Assembly: GCA_038824665.1 (NCBI GenBank)
Contig: JAWBBK010000002.1
Span: 69,483-133,482 of the forward strand
Direction of reading: 5' to 3'
Length of the DNA: 64,000 nucleotides
Source of the DNA: Acidilobaceae archaeon
GTDB lineage: Archaea > Thermoproteota > Thermoprotei_A > Sulfolobales > Acidilobaceae
Part shown: one piece after another, positions 29,233 to 40,212 of the stretch
Layout of the letters: each line of letters begins with the position of its first letter
Numbering within the stretch: position 1 is the first letter of the stretch
The notes under the pieces: model-generated
Seen by the model: the letters and a program-made list of their open reading frames with translations, nothing else
Databases searched by the model: none
What the model was told of the DNA's origin: nothing
Translations under genes and position numbers: made by a program

Positions 29233-31446
29233 ATGGGCATTAGAGTAAAGATGGTCTCTGAGATCGAAAAAATAATGGGCAACATAGAGCAGGTAAGAAA
29301 CATAGGAATTATAGCTCACGTAGACCATGGAAAGACGACTACAAGCGACTCGCTTTTGGCAGCAGCAGGGCTCTTATCTGAAAGACTAGCTGGAGAAGCG
29401 CTGGCTTTAGACTATCTTTCTGTTGAGAAACAAAGAGGAATCACTGTGAAAGCTGCAAACGTAAGCCTTTATCACGAGTATCAAGGCAAATCCTATGTGA
29501 TCAACCTGATCGACACTCCTGGACACGTAGACTTCACCGGCAAGGTTACTCGAAGCCTAAGAGTGCTCGATGGAGCTATAGTCGTGGTCGACGCTGTAGA
29601 AGGAGTGATGACACAAACAGAAACTGTCATAAGACAGGCTCTCGAAGAAAGAGTTCGCCCACTTCTTTTCATCAATAAAGTTGATAGATTAATTAAAGAA
29701 CTCAAAATGGGTCCTGAACAGATCCAAGAAAGGTTCGCTGAGATAATTAGGGAGTTCAACAATTTAATCGATAACTACGGAGAACCTGAATTCGCTAAGA
29801 AGTGGAAGGTCAATCCTGCAGAAGGTCAGGTAGCGTTCGGTAGCGCTAGAGATAAATGGGCTCTTACCGTTCCGATAGTCAGAAAGAAGAGTATATCCTT
29901 ATCGGCAGTCATAGAGGCTTACTCTAAAGAAGATAAAGAGCTGATAGCTCAACTTTCTAAACAAGTGCCGCTTCATGAAGCTCTTCTAGATATGGTGGTG
30001 AAGTTCGTCCCTAATCCTAGAGATGCTCAAAAGTATAGAATTCCAAAGATATGGAAAGGGGACCTAAACTCGGAGCTAGGAAGAGCTATGATGGAGGCGG
30101 ATCCCAATGGTCCTCTAGTTTTCTATGTCAACGACGTGAGAGTTGAAAAAGCAGGACTTGTGGCTACAGGAAGAGTTTTCTCAGGAACTCTCGAGCCAGG
30201 CAAAGAGGTGTATCTCGTATCTGGAAACAAGTCTGGCAGGATTCTACAGGTCAGCTTATACATGGGTCCATTTAGAGAACTCACGCATAAGGTCTCAGCA
30301 GGAAACATTGGAGCTATAATGGGAATAGAAGACATACGGTCTGGCGAGACCTTAGTTGAGGTCAAATATCATGCTTCATGTACTCCCTTTGAGCCTTTGA
30401 GATATGTGAGCGAGCCTGTCGTAACTATTGCTGTTGAGCCCGCTAAAGTCCAAGACCTTCCAAAAGTAATAGAGGCTCTTAGGAAGCTCACTATAGAAGA
30501 CCCCAACTTGATCCTTAAGATAAACGAAGAAACAGGAGAGTACTTGCTATCGGGGATGGGTCCTCTTCATTTAGAAGTAGCGCTAACGTTGTTGAAAGAG
30601 AAGTTTGGAGTCGAAGTCAAAACAGCCCAACCGATCGTAGTCTATAGAGAAGCTGTCAGAGCCGCTAGTAGCGTGTTCGAGGGCAAGAGCCCCAATAAGC
30701 ACAACAAGCTCTATATCAGCGTAGAGCCTCTTAACGAGGAGACAATAGAGCTAATAGCTAAAGGCGAGGTGAAAGAGAGTATGGATGCAAAAGATAGAGC
30801 TGCGATCCTCAGAGACAAAGCCGGCTGGGACTACGATGAAGCTAAAAGGATATGGGCTATTGATGAAGGTTTCAACGTGTTCGTCGACAAAACCGCTGGA
30901 GTTCAGTACTTGAGAGAAGTTAAAGACACGATCATAGCTGGGTTCAGGCTGGCTGTGAGAGAAGGTCCTCTAGCAGCTGAGCCTCTCAGAGGTCTTAAGG
31001 TCATATTACATGATGCTGTGATACACGAAGACCCGGCTCACAGAGGTCCGGGACAGCTCTATCCAGCTACGAGAAACGCTATATGGGCTGGGATCTTAAC
31101 GGCTAAGCCTACGTTACTTGAACCTATTCAGAAACTAGACATAAGGCTACCCATGGACTTCATTAGCAATGTAGCTGCGGTATTGGCGCGCAAGAGGGGC
31201 AAGATTCTCAACGTCGTGACCAGTGGCAACATCGCTAGAGTTACAGCCGAGATCCCTGTAGCCGAGAGCTTCGACCTCGCTACTGAGCTGAGAGGAGCTA
31301 CTGCCGGTAAGGCGTTCTGGGGCGTGGAGTTCAGCAGATGGGCTCCTGTTCCAGACTCTATGCTTGATCAGCTAGTTGCCGCTATAAGGAAGAGAAAAGG
31401 TCTACCGCCAAGTCCGCCCTCGCTTAACGACTTATTGGGTCCATAA
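29233..31446 (+). CDS. fusA: Translation elongation factor aEF-2
   Basis: [22 protein letters not shown], diphthamide loop HEDPAHRG. Confidence 0.98.
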   Translation: MGIRVKMVSEIEKIMGNIEQVRNIGIIAHVDHGKTTTSDSLLAAAGLLSERLAGEALALDYLSVEKQRGITVKAANVSLYHEYQGKSYVINLIDTPGHVDFTGKVTRSLRVLDGAIVVVDAVEGVMTQTETVIRQALEERVRPLLFINKVDRLIKELKMGPEQIQERFAEIIREFNNLIDNYGEPEFAKKWKVNPAEGQVAFGSARDKWALTVPIVRKKSISLSAVIEAYSKEDKELIAQLSKQVPLHEALLDMVVKFVPNPRDAQKYRIPKIWKGDLNSELGRAMMEADPNGPLVFYVNDVRVEKAGLVATGRVFSGTLEPGKEVYLVSGNKSGRILQVSLYMGPFRELTHKVSAGNIGAIMGIEDIRSGETLVEVKYHASCTPFEPLRYVSEPVVTIAVEPAKVQDLPKVIEALRKLTIEDPNLILKINEETGEYLLSGMGPLHLEVALTLLKEKFGVEVKTAQPIVVYREAVRAASSVFEGKSPNKHNKLYISVEPLNEETIELIAKGEVKESMDAKDRAAILRDKAGWDYDEAKRIWAIDEGFNVFVDKTAGVQYLREVKDTIIAGFRLAVREGPLAAEPLRGLKVILHDAVIHEDPAHRGPGQLYPATRNAIWAGILTAKPTLLEPIQKLDIRLPMDFISNVAAVLARKRGKILNVVTSGNIARVTAEIPVAESFDLATELRGATAGKAFWGVEFSRWAPVPDSMLDQLVAAIRKRKGLPPSPPSLNDLLGP

Positions 31447-31452
31447 CCAAAC

Positions 31453-32436
31453 TCATGGCATTACAATAGCCTCTATCCCTACTACTTTACTTAAATACTT
31501 AGCCGTGATTCGCGCCTCCTTGCTTCTATAACCGTCGACCACAACTAGCTGTGGTTTAGCCTCACTCACATACTCCAGTATTTCGCTAAAAGAAGCGTGG
31601 TCGCTAAGCCCTACTCTTACGTATTTCTCTCCGACCTTTACCACAGGAGCTCTGAGTTCCCAACCAGTTACCGCTACTTGAGCACAACATTTCAGTTCGT
31701 TTGAAACTGTAGAGTTTATGTGTTTGAACAAAACAACAGGGTCTCCACAACAAACGTTTTCTTCAAGCATCTTTAAGGGATCTACACTCGTATTGTAGAA
31801 GCGCTCAGCAATTCTAGCTATTTTATACGTGGTTTCATCAGCTAAGAAGAGGTCTTTCATTCCTCTCAACCTGAGTTCGACCATTACTTCTTGAAGCTTT
31901 CCGTTATACCCTCTTACTACAACACACCCTTCTTTAAGCATTTTAGAAATTACGTCAATGAGAGCTCCTATAGCGTCCCACTCCTTCCATTTCCTCTCTA
32001 GGTGAGGAGATCCGTAGGTTGCATCTATCACTAAGACGTCTAGACCCTTCATAGGAGGAGTGTTAGGCATCTTGAAGTCTCCTGTATATCCGACTCTGTA
32101 GTTTCTCCCCTCAACCAAGACCTGAGCGCTTCCCACTATGTGGCGAGAAGGAAGAAGCGTAACGCTCTCTTCTCTGAACTCAAAAGACTCTCCGTAGTTG
32201 AGTTGTACAGCTCTACTTTTAGGTACACTATATCCGAGCACTTCTAACAACTCGAAAGTATAGGGAGTCGCTACTATGAAGGGAGTCTCTTTCAGACTTA
32301 TTTCGAAGCCGCCTAGATGGTCTTTGTGAGCATGCGTTACCACTCTTACGGGTCTTGAGCTGTGTCCGTCAACACTGAAAGCCTCTCCTAAATGTATTGC
32401 ACCGCTTTTCGTGACAGAGACTTTGAGCTTCAGCAA
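31453..32436 (-). CDS. Metallo-beta-lactamase fold exonuclease (RNA processing family)
   Basis: VTHAHKDH, HIVGS, YTGDF, DATYG, LSDHA. Confidence 0.88.
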   Translation of the reverse strand: MLKLKVSVTKSGAIHLGEAFSVDGHSSRPVRVVTHAHKDHLGGFEISLKETPFIVATPYTFELLEVLGYSVPKSRAVQLNYGESFEFREESVTLLPSRHIVGSAQVLVEGRNYRVGYTGDFKMPNTPPMKGLDVLVIDATYGSPHLERKWKEWDAIGALIDVISKMLKEGCVVVRGYNGKLQEVMVELRLRGMKDLFLADETTYKIARIAERFYNTSVDPLKMLEENVCCGDPVVLFKHINSTVSNELKCCAQVAVTGWELRAPVVKVGEKYVRVGLSDHASFSEILEYVSEAKPQLVVVDGYRSKEARITAKYLSKVVGIEAIVMP

Positions 32437-32603
32437 GCTTTCTCCCTTCGGGTCTCTTCTTATCTACCGTTAAAATCAAGATCTATATGGTCTGTGCGAG
32501 AGTGAAACGATCCTGTTCTTCTTTAACTAAGTTAAATGTTTGTAGAGAAGATCGAAGCTCTATTCTTGATATCGATAAAGAAATGACGAGCTGACAGATG
32601 TAA

Positions 32604-33140
32604 TTACGAACTCTTCCTCCTAGCTCTCTCAATAGCTTTTCTGATCTTTTCTTTGGCTTCTTCAGCGTTCTTCCACGACTTAACCTTAACCCATTTCCCA
32701 GGCTCTAACTCTTTATAGTGTTCGAAAAAGTGTTTTATCTTTTCTTTAAGAGCGTCTGGGATGTCGGTTACATCGTTCCACTTAGCGTAGTATGGATCGA
32801 GTTTAGCCTTGGGCACCGCTATCACTTTAGCGTCTGGGCCCTCCTCGTCTTCCATCTCTAAGACTCCTATAGGTTTAGCCTCTATAACGGCTCCTGGCGC
32901 TACAGGCTCTCTGCTGATTACAAGCACGTCTACAGGGTCTCCGTCTTCCTCTAAAGTTCCAGGAATGAAGCCGTAGTTGAAAGGATAGACCATGCTGGTG
33001 TAGAGAAATCTATCTACTTTGATCACACAAAGATCTTTATCCAGTTCGTACTTAACACTGCTGTTCATCGGAATCTCGATAACGACGTTGACGATGTCTG
33101 GAGCGCTCTTACCTGAGTCTAGCCTCTCCAGACAGGCCAA
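32604..33140 (-). CDS. ppa: Inorganic pyrophosphatase (family I)
   Basis: [30 protein letters not shown]. Confidence 0.97.
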   Translation of the reverse strand: MACLERLDSGKSAPDIVNVVIEIPMNSSVKYELDKDLCVIKVDRFLYTSMVYPFNYGFIPGTLEEDGDPVDVLVISREPVAPGAVIEAKPIGVLEMEDEEGPDAKVIAVPKAKLDPYYAKWNDVTDIPDALKEKIKHFFEHYKELEPGKWVKVKSWKNAEEAKEKIRKAIERARRKSS

Positions 33141-33232
33141 AGAAGAACACCGAATGCTTCGTTCCTCCCTAAGACTTATAAAGGTTGAACGTAAAGAAAA
33201 TTAAAACACAGGACGACCTATAGGGGAGGAGG

Positions 33233-33622
33233 ATGACTATGTCTAAGCCTCTATACGTAAGGTTCAACATGCCATCAGACCTAGCGGAAAAAGTTTATGA
33301 AGCAGTAGCTAAGGCTAGAAAGACTGGCAAGATAAAGAAAGGAGTCAACGAAACCACAAAAGCTGTTGAGAGAGGTCTAGCGAAGCTAGTTGTCATAGCT
33401 GAAGACGTAGACCCACCGGAGATAGTGATGCACTTACCTTATCTATGTGACGAAAAGAAGATACCGTACGCATATGTGCCCAGCAAGAAGAGATTAGGAG
33501 AAGCGGCTGGCATAGAGGTTCAAGCTTCAAGTGTTGCCATATTAGAGCCCGGAGAAGGCGAAGCTCTGCTTAAAGAAATAATCGAAAAAGTTGAAGAGCT
33601 AAAAGCTAAAGCAGGACTTTAA
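33233..33622 (+). CDS. rpl7ae: Ribosomal protein L7Ae (also C/D, H/ACA and RNase P subunit)
   Basis: [31 protein letters not shown]. Confidence 0.98.
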   Translation: MTMSKPLYVRFNMPSDLAEKVYEAVAKARKTGKIKKGVNETTKAVERGLAKLVVIAEDVDPPEIVMHLPYLCDEKKIPYAYVPSKKRLGEAAGIEVQASSVAILEPGEGEALLKEIIEKVEELKAKAGL

Positions 33623-33767
33623 GTCAACACCAAGTCGAAATCCTATAGTTCTTTTCATCCTCTATCTCATCGGTTTTTGGTTCAATTACGTCTCTGAATC
33701 GCTTCTCTACTTTTAAGGATAGGAGATGAGTCTCTAGAATAGATTTAAGCTTTACCTATGTTTTGGG

Positions 33768-34250
33768 TTGAAAGTAAGGGGATTACTCACGGTGAGTGGA
33801 GAGCTTCGATCGTTTACACATATAGTAAGAATAGCTGGCACAGACATAAACGGAAATATGAAATTACCTTGGGCGTTAGCTGAGATCAAGGGGATAGGCT
33901 ACAGTACAGCTATGGCTGTAATAAAGATGTTGAATCTCAACCCCCATATGCTTGTAGGCTTTTTAACTGAAGACGAGGTCAAAAGGATTGAGAGCGTTTT
34001 ATACGATATAACTAGTCTAGGGCTCCCTAGCTGGATGTATAACCGAAGAAGAGATTATGAGACAAACAAAGACCGACACCTTATAGGTTCAGACCTTTTG
34101 CTCTACGCTAGAAAAGACATAGAGAGAGAAATCCGTATAGGCAGTTGGAGAGGAATAAGACATAAACTAGGATACAAAGTCAGAGGACAGCGTACAAGAA
34201 CAACCGGTAGAACAGGTCTCACTGTTGGTGTAACCAAAAAGAAGAAGTGA
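33768..34250 (+). CDS. rps13: 30S ribosomal protein S13 (uS13)
   Basis: IVRIAGTD, IKGIG, NRRRD, RGIRH..VRGQRTRTTGR. Confidence 0.97.
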   Translation: MKVRGLLTVSGELRSFTHIVRIAGTDINGNMKLPWALAEIKGIGYSTAMAVIKMLNLNPHMLVGFLTEDEVKRIESVLYDITSLGLPSWMYNRRRDYETNKDRHLIGSDLLLYARKDIEREIRIGSWRGIRHKLGYKVRGQRTRTTGRTGLTVGVTKKKK

Positions 34251-34260
34251 GGGATAGGCT

Positions 34261-34776
34261 ATGGGAGATCCGAAGAAGTCTAGAAAGAAGTGGATGGGAC
34301 CTAAGCATCCGTGGATCAAAGAGAGGCTTCTCAAAGAGATGGAACTGATGGGTAGATATGGGCTAAGAAACAAGAGAGAGCTTTGGATTGCAGAGACTCT
34401 AGCCAGAAGGTATAGACATAGAGCTCGTGCGCTCCTAGCTCTACCCGAAGAGCTAAGAGAGATAGAGTTCAAAAGACTCGTAGCTAAGCTAGCTAAGCTA
34501 GGAGTCTTAAGCGAGAACGCTACGTTAGACGACGTTCTAAGTCTTACCGGTGAACACTTCCTTCAGAGAAGGCTTCAGACGATAGTTTACTCTAAGAGGA
34601 TGGCTAAAACCATTCACGAAGCTCGTCAGCTGATAGTTCACGGTCACATAGCTATAAGAGGCAGGAGAGTGACTTCTCCAGGATACCTGGTCTCTGTAGA
34701 GGAAGAACCTTTGGTAGATTACGCTCCTGACAGTCCTTATCGAAACAGACTTGAGATCAGGGCTGAGGCGGAGTAG
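34261..34776 (+). CDS. rps4: 30S ribosomal protein S4 (uS4)
   Basis: [31 protein letters not shown]. Confidence 0.97.
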   Translation: MGDPKKSRKKWMGPKHPWIKERLLKEMELMGRYGLRNKRELWIAETLARRYRHRARALLALPEELREIEFKRLVAKLAKLGVLSENATLDDVLSLTGEHFLQRRLQTIVYSKRMAKTIHEARQLIVHGHIAIRGRRVTSPGYLVSVEEEPLVDYAPDSPYRNRLEIRAEAE

Positions 34777-34786
34777 GTGACAGTCT

Positions 34787-35188
34787 GTGTCTTTAGGTTC
34801 TAGAGAAATAAAGTGGGGGATAGCGCATATATATAGTAGTTTTAACAATACACACATTCATTTGACAGACCTCACAGGAGCAGAGACTATAGCTCGAGCT
34901 AGCGGGGGCATGGTAGTTAAAGCCGATAGAGAGAAGCCTTCGCCTTATGCAGCTATGCTTGCAGCTAATAGAGTGGCTCAACAGGCTTTCGAGAAAGGAG
35001 TTGTAGCTCTTCACATAAAGGTCAGAGCTCCTGGAGGCTATGGTCCTAAGACTCCAGGACCTGGAGCTCAAGCAGCTATAAGGACCTTAGCACGTGCAGG
35101 CTTTATAGTAGGTAGAATAGAAGACGTGACGCCTATACCTCACGACTCAATTAGAAAGCCTGGAGGTAGAAGAGGTAGGAGGGTCTGA
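34787..35188 (+). CDS. rps11: 30S ribosomal protein S11 (uS11)
   Basis: [42 protein letters not shown]. Confidence 0.98.
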   Translation: MSLGSREIKWGIAHIYSSFNNTHIHLTDLTGAETIARASGGMVVKADREKPSPYAAMLAANRVAQQAFEKGVVALHIKVRAPGGYGPKTPGPGAQAAIRTLARAGFIVGRIEDVTPIPHDSIRKPGGRRGRRV

Positions 35189-35194
35189 TATCTC

Positions 35195-36046
35195 TTGTCT
35201 GTTCCATCTGTCTCTATATTCTATCTAGATGAACGTAGCATAAAAGTCATAGCCAAAGGCTTTGGAGTTGCTTATCTAAACGCTTTGAGAAGGCTTGCGC
35301 TTTCCGACGTACCTACCATGGCTGTAGACGTTGTGTACTTCTACGAGAATTCTACAGATGTCTATGATGAAATGATAGCTCATAGGCTAGGCTTAACGGT
35401 GCTTAAATCTGAAGAGGCTCTAAATAAGTATAAATCTCCCGAAGAGTGTAGAAACATAGAACCTCCTCATGAAAAATGTTTCGTCGAGATATACTTAGAC
35501 TACAACGTTAAAAAAGAAGCAGAGATAGGGTCGTACATTAGGGCTTCCGATTTGAAAATCTCAGATCCTGATGTGACTCCTGTCTATCCTGATACTCCCA
35601 TAACTTATGTTGCTCCTGGACAAAGACTTCACCTAGTAGCCTACGCTAGATTAGGTAGAGGAAGAGAGCACGCTAAGTGGAGTCCTGCGAGTATCTCTGT
35701 GCTTAGATTCACTCCTGTTGTAGTATTTGATCTTGAAAAAGCTAGCGAAAGATGTCTCGAGTGTCTAAGAAGTTGTGATGAAAAGTTTTTCGAAGAGTTC
35801 ATCAAAATGAAAAAAGGGTCTTTAGAGTTACATCACATATCTAACACGAGCGGACTTAGGTATTGTGCAGAGAGCGAGTGTTCAGGAGCTTTTAAAATTA
35901 AATACGATAGAGAGGTTCTAGAGTTGATCGTGGAAAGCACCGGAGCTCTGAGCCCTCATAGGATAGTTTATGAAGCTACTAGAGCGTTGGAAAGCAGAGC
36001 ATTAGCTTTAATAGAGGAACTCAAGAAGATAGGGGTGAGAGCTTGA
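35195..36046 (+). CDS. rpo3: RNA polymerase subunit Rpo3 (RpoD)
   Basis: NALRR, VPTMAVD, DEMIAHRLG, GRGREHAKWSP, ESTGAL; Cys-rich insert. Confidence 0.95.
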   Translation: MSVPSVSIFYLDERSIKVIAKGFGVAYLNALRRLALSDVPTMAVDVVYFYENSTDVYDEMIAHRLGLTVLKSEEALNKYKSPEECRNIEPPHEKCFVEIYLDYNVKKEAEIGSYIRASDLKISDPDVTPVYPDTPITYVAPGQRLHLVAYARLGRGREHAKWSPASISVLRFTPVVVFDLEKASERCLECLRSCDEKFFEEFIKMKKGSLELHHISNTSGLRYCAESECSGAFKIKYDREVLELIVESTGALSPHRIVYEATRALESRALALIEELKKIGVRA

Positions 36047-36408
36047 AGCCCACAGGTCCCACAAACATAATCATCAGGAGACTGATCAGAACTTTGAAGA
36101 AAATAGCGAGAAAACATAAAGCTAAAGCTTGGTTAAGAGTAGCTGAAGAACTAGAGAAGCCCAAGAGAAGAAGAGTTGCAGTCAATTTGAGCAAGATTAA
36201 CAGATACGCCAACGATGGTGATTTCATCATAGTTCCAGGCAAAGTGCTAGGAATAGGCTCTATAGAAGGGAAGAAGCTGACGATAGCAGCTTTGAGTGCT
36301 TCGCTTAAGGCTTTATCTAAACTCAAGAGTGCAGGTTGTCAGTTCTTCACTTTAGAAGAGGCTATTAGAGTTAATCCTGAAGCTAGAAACGTTAAGCTGA
36401 TAGTGTAA
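36043..36408 (+). CDS. rpl18e: 50S ribosomal protein L18e
   Basis: TGPTN, W, VNLSKINR, VPGKVLG. Confidence 0.95.
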   Translation: MKPTGPTNIIIRRLIRTLKKIARKHKAKAWLRVAEELEKPKRRRVAVNLSKINRYANDGDFIIVPGKVLGIGSIEGKKLTIAALSASLKALSKLKSAGCQFFTLEEAIRVNPEARNVKLIV

Positions 36409-36421
36409 GGGGAGGATCACG

Positions 36422-36877
36422 ATGAAAGAGGTCAAAGGAGAGATATACATTGACGGCACTAACATGATTTTAGGCAGACTTGCGAGCTTAGTTGCTAAGA
36501 GACTTCTAGAAGGAAACAAGGTCTATGTCGTAAACGTAGATAAGATAGTGGTCAGCGGAAAGAAGACTATGGTTATAGACTCCTACAAAAGAACAGTGCT
36601 TGGAGTTAGATCTCATTACTCACACAAATGGAGACCCAAGAGACCGAGAAGCCCCACGACTTTGTTTAAAAAGACGGTATGGGGTATGTTACCTAAAAAC
36701 ATGAGAGGAATAAGAGCCCTCAAGAGGCTCAAAGCTTACATAGGCGTTCCTGAAGAGCTGAAGAACAAGAACTTCATGCGCTTCTCGGAGGCGGATTCAT
36801 CAAGACTATCTATGCCTCCGAAGGTCACTTTAGCTCTCATCGCTAAAGCTCTTGGATGGAGGGGTGGACTTGAGTGA
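36422..36877 (+). CDS. rpl13: 50S ribosomal protein L13 (uL13)
   Basis: ILGRLASLVAK, PRSP, GMLP, LKAYIGVP. Confidence 0.95.
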   Translation: MKEVKGEIYIDGTNMILGRLASLVAKRLLEGNKVYVVNVDKIVVSGKKTMVIDSYKRTVLGVRSHYSHKWRPKRPRSPTTLFKKTVWGMLPKNMRGIRALKRLKAYIGVPEELKNKNFMRFSEADSSRLSMPPKVTLALIAKALGWRGGLE

Positions 36878-37341
36878 GTCAAGTCTTTGAAGTTTTAAAC
36901 AATAAGATAGTAGTAGCTAGCGGAAAGAGGAAAACAGCCACGGCTACAGCAGTGATAAAACGTGGAACTGGCAGAGTCTTTATCAACGGAGTTCCTCTAG
37001 AGGTAATACCTATAGAGATGGCTCGTATGAAGATCGCAGAGCCTATTCTTTTAGTGGGTGGGCTTAGAGATCTAGTCGACATCTACGTTAACGTAAAGGG
37101 AGGAGGTTTTATGGGACAAGCTGAAGCAGCTAGAATGGCTATAGCCAGAGGTCTTATAGAATTCTTCAAATGCGAAAGCGATAGTGACGTATGTAAAGAC
37201 CTAAATGAGGTCAACAAAAAGCTCAAGAGGCTTTATGAAGAATACGATAGACATATGTTGAGCGGTGACCCTAGAAGAACGGAGACAGAGAAACCTATGA
37301 GATATAGTGCTAGGAGGAGAAAGCAAAGGTCTTATAGGTGA
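36874..37341 (+). CDS. rps9: 30S ribosomal protein S9 (uS9)
   Basis: [30 protein letters not shown]. Confidence 0.97.
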   Translation: MSQVFEVLNNKIVVASGKRKTATATAVIKRGTGRVFINGVPLEVIPIEMARMKIAEPILLVGGLRDLVDIYVNVKGGGFMGQAEAARMAIARGLIEFFKCESDSDVCKDLNEVNKKLKRLYEEYDRHMLSGDPRRTETEKPMRYSARRRKQRSYR

Positions 37342-37604
37342 TGCTCATGCTTCCTCCAGTTAGATGTTTCACATGCGGAGCTCCCATAGGACACCTTTGG
37401 GAAGAGTTCTCTAAGAGAGTTTCAGAAGGCAAAGACCCTAAGAAAGCGCTAGAAGAATTGGGAGTGAAGAGATATTGTTGTAGAAGGACGCTCTTCACCT
37501 CAGTAGTGTACATAGAAGACATAGCTAAATATAATGTATATTCAAGATTAAGAGATCGAGTAATAAAAGAGCACTTTACGGCTCCTGTGAGAGGCGAGAT
37601 GTAA
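37338..37604 (+). CDS. rpo10: RNA polymerase subunit Rpo10 (RpoN)
   Basis: PVRCFTCG...[10 protein letters not shown]. Confidence 0.97.
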   Translation: MMLMLPPVRCFTCGAPIGHLWEEFSKRVSEGKDPKKALEELGVKRYCCRRTLFTSVVYIEDIAKYNVYSRLRDRVIKEHFTAPVRGEM

Positions 37605-38215
37605 TGACGGAACTCTTAGTGCCTGCGGAACAATATAAGAAAGCAGGAGTTATAATAGGAACTCAGATCTGCACTAAGTTTATGAGAAGATTTACCTATA
37701 AAGTCCTACCTGAAGGTTTTTACTTACTCGACATAGCTAAGGTTGACGAAAGGCTAAGGATCGCAGCTCGCTTTTTAGCTCGCTTTGAGCCTTCCAAGAT
37801 AGTCGTTGTTTCAACTAGGATCTATGCCCAGAAGCCGGCTGAAATGATGTGTAAGTACGTAGGTTGTAAGGCTATAACGGGAAGAATAGTGCCAGGAACG
37901 TTCACTAATCCAAAGCTAAGCTATTATGTAGAGCCAGAGGTCGTTCTGGTAAGTGACCCGAGAACTGACAAACAGGCGCTTATAGAAGCCTCGAAAGCGA
38001 GAATTCCAGTGGTGGCGTTTCTCGATACTGACAACAAGATCGAAATGGTCGACCTAGTGATCCCAGCTAACAACAGAGGAAGGAAGAGCTTAGCTCTCCT
38101 TTATTGGATACTGACTAGAGAGATATTAAGGAACAGAGGAGTGCTAGGAGTCCATCAGAACTTAGATGTCAGCTATGAGGACTTCATGGCAGCAAAGATA
38201 GAGGCTACAGCTTAA
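37604..38215 (+). CDS. rps2: 30S ribosomal protein S2 (uS2)
   Basis: [34 protein letters not shown]. Confidence 0.97.
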   Translation: MTELLVPAEQYKKAGVIIGTQICTKFMRRFTYKVLPEGFYLLDIAKVDERLRIAARFLARFEPSKIVVVSTRIYAQKPAEMMCKYVGCKAITGRIVPGTFTNPKLSYYVEPEVVLVSDPRTDKQALIEASKARIPVVAFLDTDNKIEMVDLVIPANNRGRKSLALLYWILTREILRNRGVLGVHQNLDVSYEDFMAAKIEATA

Positions 38216-38704
38216 ATCGATCTTCTCTCTCTTCTAAAAACTCTCCAATTATCTAATAAGATGTTGACTATCGCTACGCTGAGAAACGTTGGAAGTCTTA
38301 ATCCGATCTCGAGTTTCTTATCACAAGAACTCAAAGGTTCTCCGTAGATTACGGTAATTGGCTCTCCTAGTTCTATTAAAGCTGTCAGAGGAACTCCTCC
38401 GCTTTCGCTTAAACAGACCACAGGTCCTAGCTCTTTAGGAACACTTTCAGAGACTTGAACTCCTAGAGGCTTTCCTTTTAGAGCAGCATTAATCCATCCT
38501 TCAAGACTTTCCTCATCTGGTCTCAAATGTCTTACAGAACTCCCTTTCACTATAATCCATCTTTTCTCATCGAAACGAGCTGCCGCTAGAACGTCAGCTC
38601 TAAGCCCATGGGAGACAAGAAGAGAAGACGCGAAAAAATCTGGCTATCTCTAGGACGTTTTTAGGGCTTGTGTATATATGGAGTCTGGTCGGAGACTGGG
38701 TCAA
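38212..38704 (-). pseudogene. TrmY-like SPOUT methyltransferase interrupted by a 1-nt frameshift
   Basis: Reconstructed MTQ...NVLEIARFF/ASSLLVSHGLRADV...HLRPDEE...VNILLD resembles TrmY; TTG start overlaps the srp54 stop; extra T in the T6 run at 38633-38638. Confidence 0.65.
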
Positions 38705-40029
38705 GAGATGTTCCCTAGTCCAAGTCTTCTCAAAAGGCTCTTGTCCTTCTTTAGTCTTAACATTAGCTTCTTTATTGTTTTATAGTATGAAAGTAACTCT
38801 TTCACATCTTCAACGCTGGTCCCGCTACCTATAGCTATTCTTCTAATCCTACTTTTATCTATAATCTCTGGGTTCTCTAGCTCTTCATATGTCATACTAT
38901 CCATTATGGCTATCCACTTTTTGATCTTCTCGTCTCCAAGCTTAAGCGTGTCTTTCGAGACGTTCAAAAAAAGCCCTGCTCCAGGCAGATATTGAAGGAT
39001 TTTAGAGAGAGAGCCTATGTTCTTCGTTGCTCTTAGCTGTCTGTAGATAGCTCTGAGAGTTATTTTTCCTTTAGTCACGTCTTCTGCTGTCTCTTCGAGA
39101 AGTCTGAACTCCTCAACAGCTTTGAGTCTCTCTAAAAGTCCTTCTAAGTCTCCGAGCCCTAGAATTCGAGCAACGAACTTCTTCGGTCTGAAAACCTCGA
39201 GTTCTTCAATTTTCTCTCCTGTACCGATGAACTTTATCTGAGCTCCTGTAGCTGCTACAGCAGAGAGAGCTCCACCTCCTCTTGCTGTTCCGTCTAGCTT
39301 AGTGATCGCTATAGACCCTATGGGCGTGAAGGAATGAAACCTTCTGGCTAGGTCAAAAGCCTTTTGACCCATAGCGGCATCTATTATCAGCATAATCTCA
39401 TCAGGCTTCACCTCTTCAGCTATTCGCTTCATTTCTTCCAGAAGCTTCTCTTCATCTCCATAGCCATGTCTTCCTGCAGTATCTACGATTATCACTTGAG
39501 CTCCTCTGGAGATGAGTTCTTTGACTCCTCTCTTAGCTATTTCAGCCGGATCGCCAGAGCGCTCTCCGTAAAAGAAAGCGCCTGCTCTTTCAGCTAGAGT
39601 CTTTAATTGCTCTAGAGCTCCTGGTCTGTAGGTATCGGTTGACACCACTCCAACTTTATATCCTCTTCTCGAATAGAAGAATGCAAGCTTTCCAACGGTC
39701 GTGGTCTTACCTGAACCCTGAACGCCGACGAGCATTACGATCCACGGTAGCTTTGGAGGCTCTACTTCAGGCTCGGAGTCCCCTCCGAAAAGCCTAGATA
39801 GTTCTTCATAAACTATTTTGATGAACCATTCTCTTCGACTGACTATCGAGGGAGGAGGCTCTTTAAGTGCTCGTTCTCGGATTCTCTGGCTTAGCTCGAG
39901 AACGAGTTTGACGTTGACGTCTGACTTCAGAAGCTCTCTTTGAAGGTCTTTCACGAACTCTTCAACAGCTTTCTCATAGGTGGCGCTACTGAGAAACCGC
40001 GATAAGGCTGTCTTGATCCCTTCTAGCAA
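38701..40029 (-). CDS. srp54: Signal recognition particle protein SRP54
   Basis: [32 protein letters not shown]-domain SMT..RIAIGSG. Confidence 0.98.
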   Translation of the reverse strand: MLEGIKTALSRFLSSATYEKAVEEFVKDLQRELLKSDVNVKLVLELSQRIRERALKEPPPSIVSRREWFIKIVYEELSRLFGGDSEPEVEPPKLPWIVMLVGVQGSGKTTTVGKLAFFYSRRGYKVGVVSTDTYRPGALEQLKTLAERAGAFFYGERSGDPAEIAKRGVKELISRGAQVIIVDTAGRHGYGDEEKLLEEMKRIAEEVKPDEIMLIIDAAMGQKAFDLARRFHSFTPIGSIAITKLDGTARGGGALSAVAATGAQIKFIGTGEKIEELEVFRPKKFVARILGLGDLEGLLERLKAVEEFRLLEETAEDVTKGKITLRAIYRQLRATKNIGSLSKILQYLPGAGLFLNVSKDTLKLGDEKIKKWIAIMDSMTYEELENPEIIDKSRIRRIAIGSGTSVEDVKELLSYYKTIKKLMLRLKKDKSLLRRLGLGNIS

Positions 40030-40212
40030 TTTAACTCCCAGATCTCGAAATTCATCTAAACTATAATTTCTAGCGGCGATGTAGCTTTCGAGCGTGAGCT
40101 TTTTAAAACGAAGCGTCTTAGGTCTACTGGAACTCTACCTGAAGTTAGCTCTACGAAAAATATTTAATCTGTGGATTTATAGAAGTCTTCGACTAGAATA
40201 GGTGGATCATCT

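Noticed and set aside
32522-32536. Palindrome TTTAACT-A-AGTTAAA
   Set aside because: AT-rich and explicable as TATA-like sequence; no second copy seen
33205-33240. Possible autoregulatory K-turn in the rpl7ae leader
   Set aside because: Could not build tandem G-A pairs with a proper 3-nt bulge, and the likely TATA leaves too short a leader
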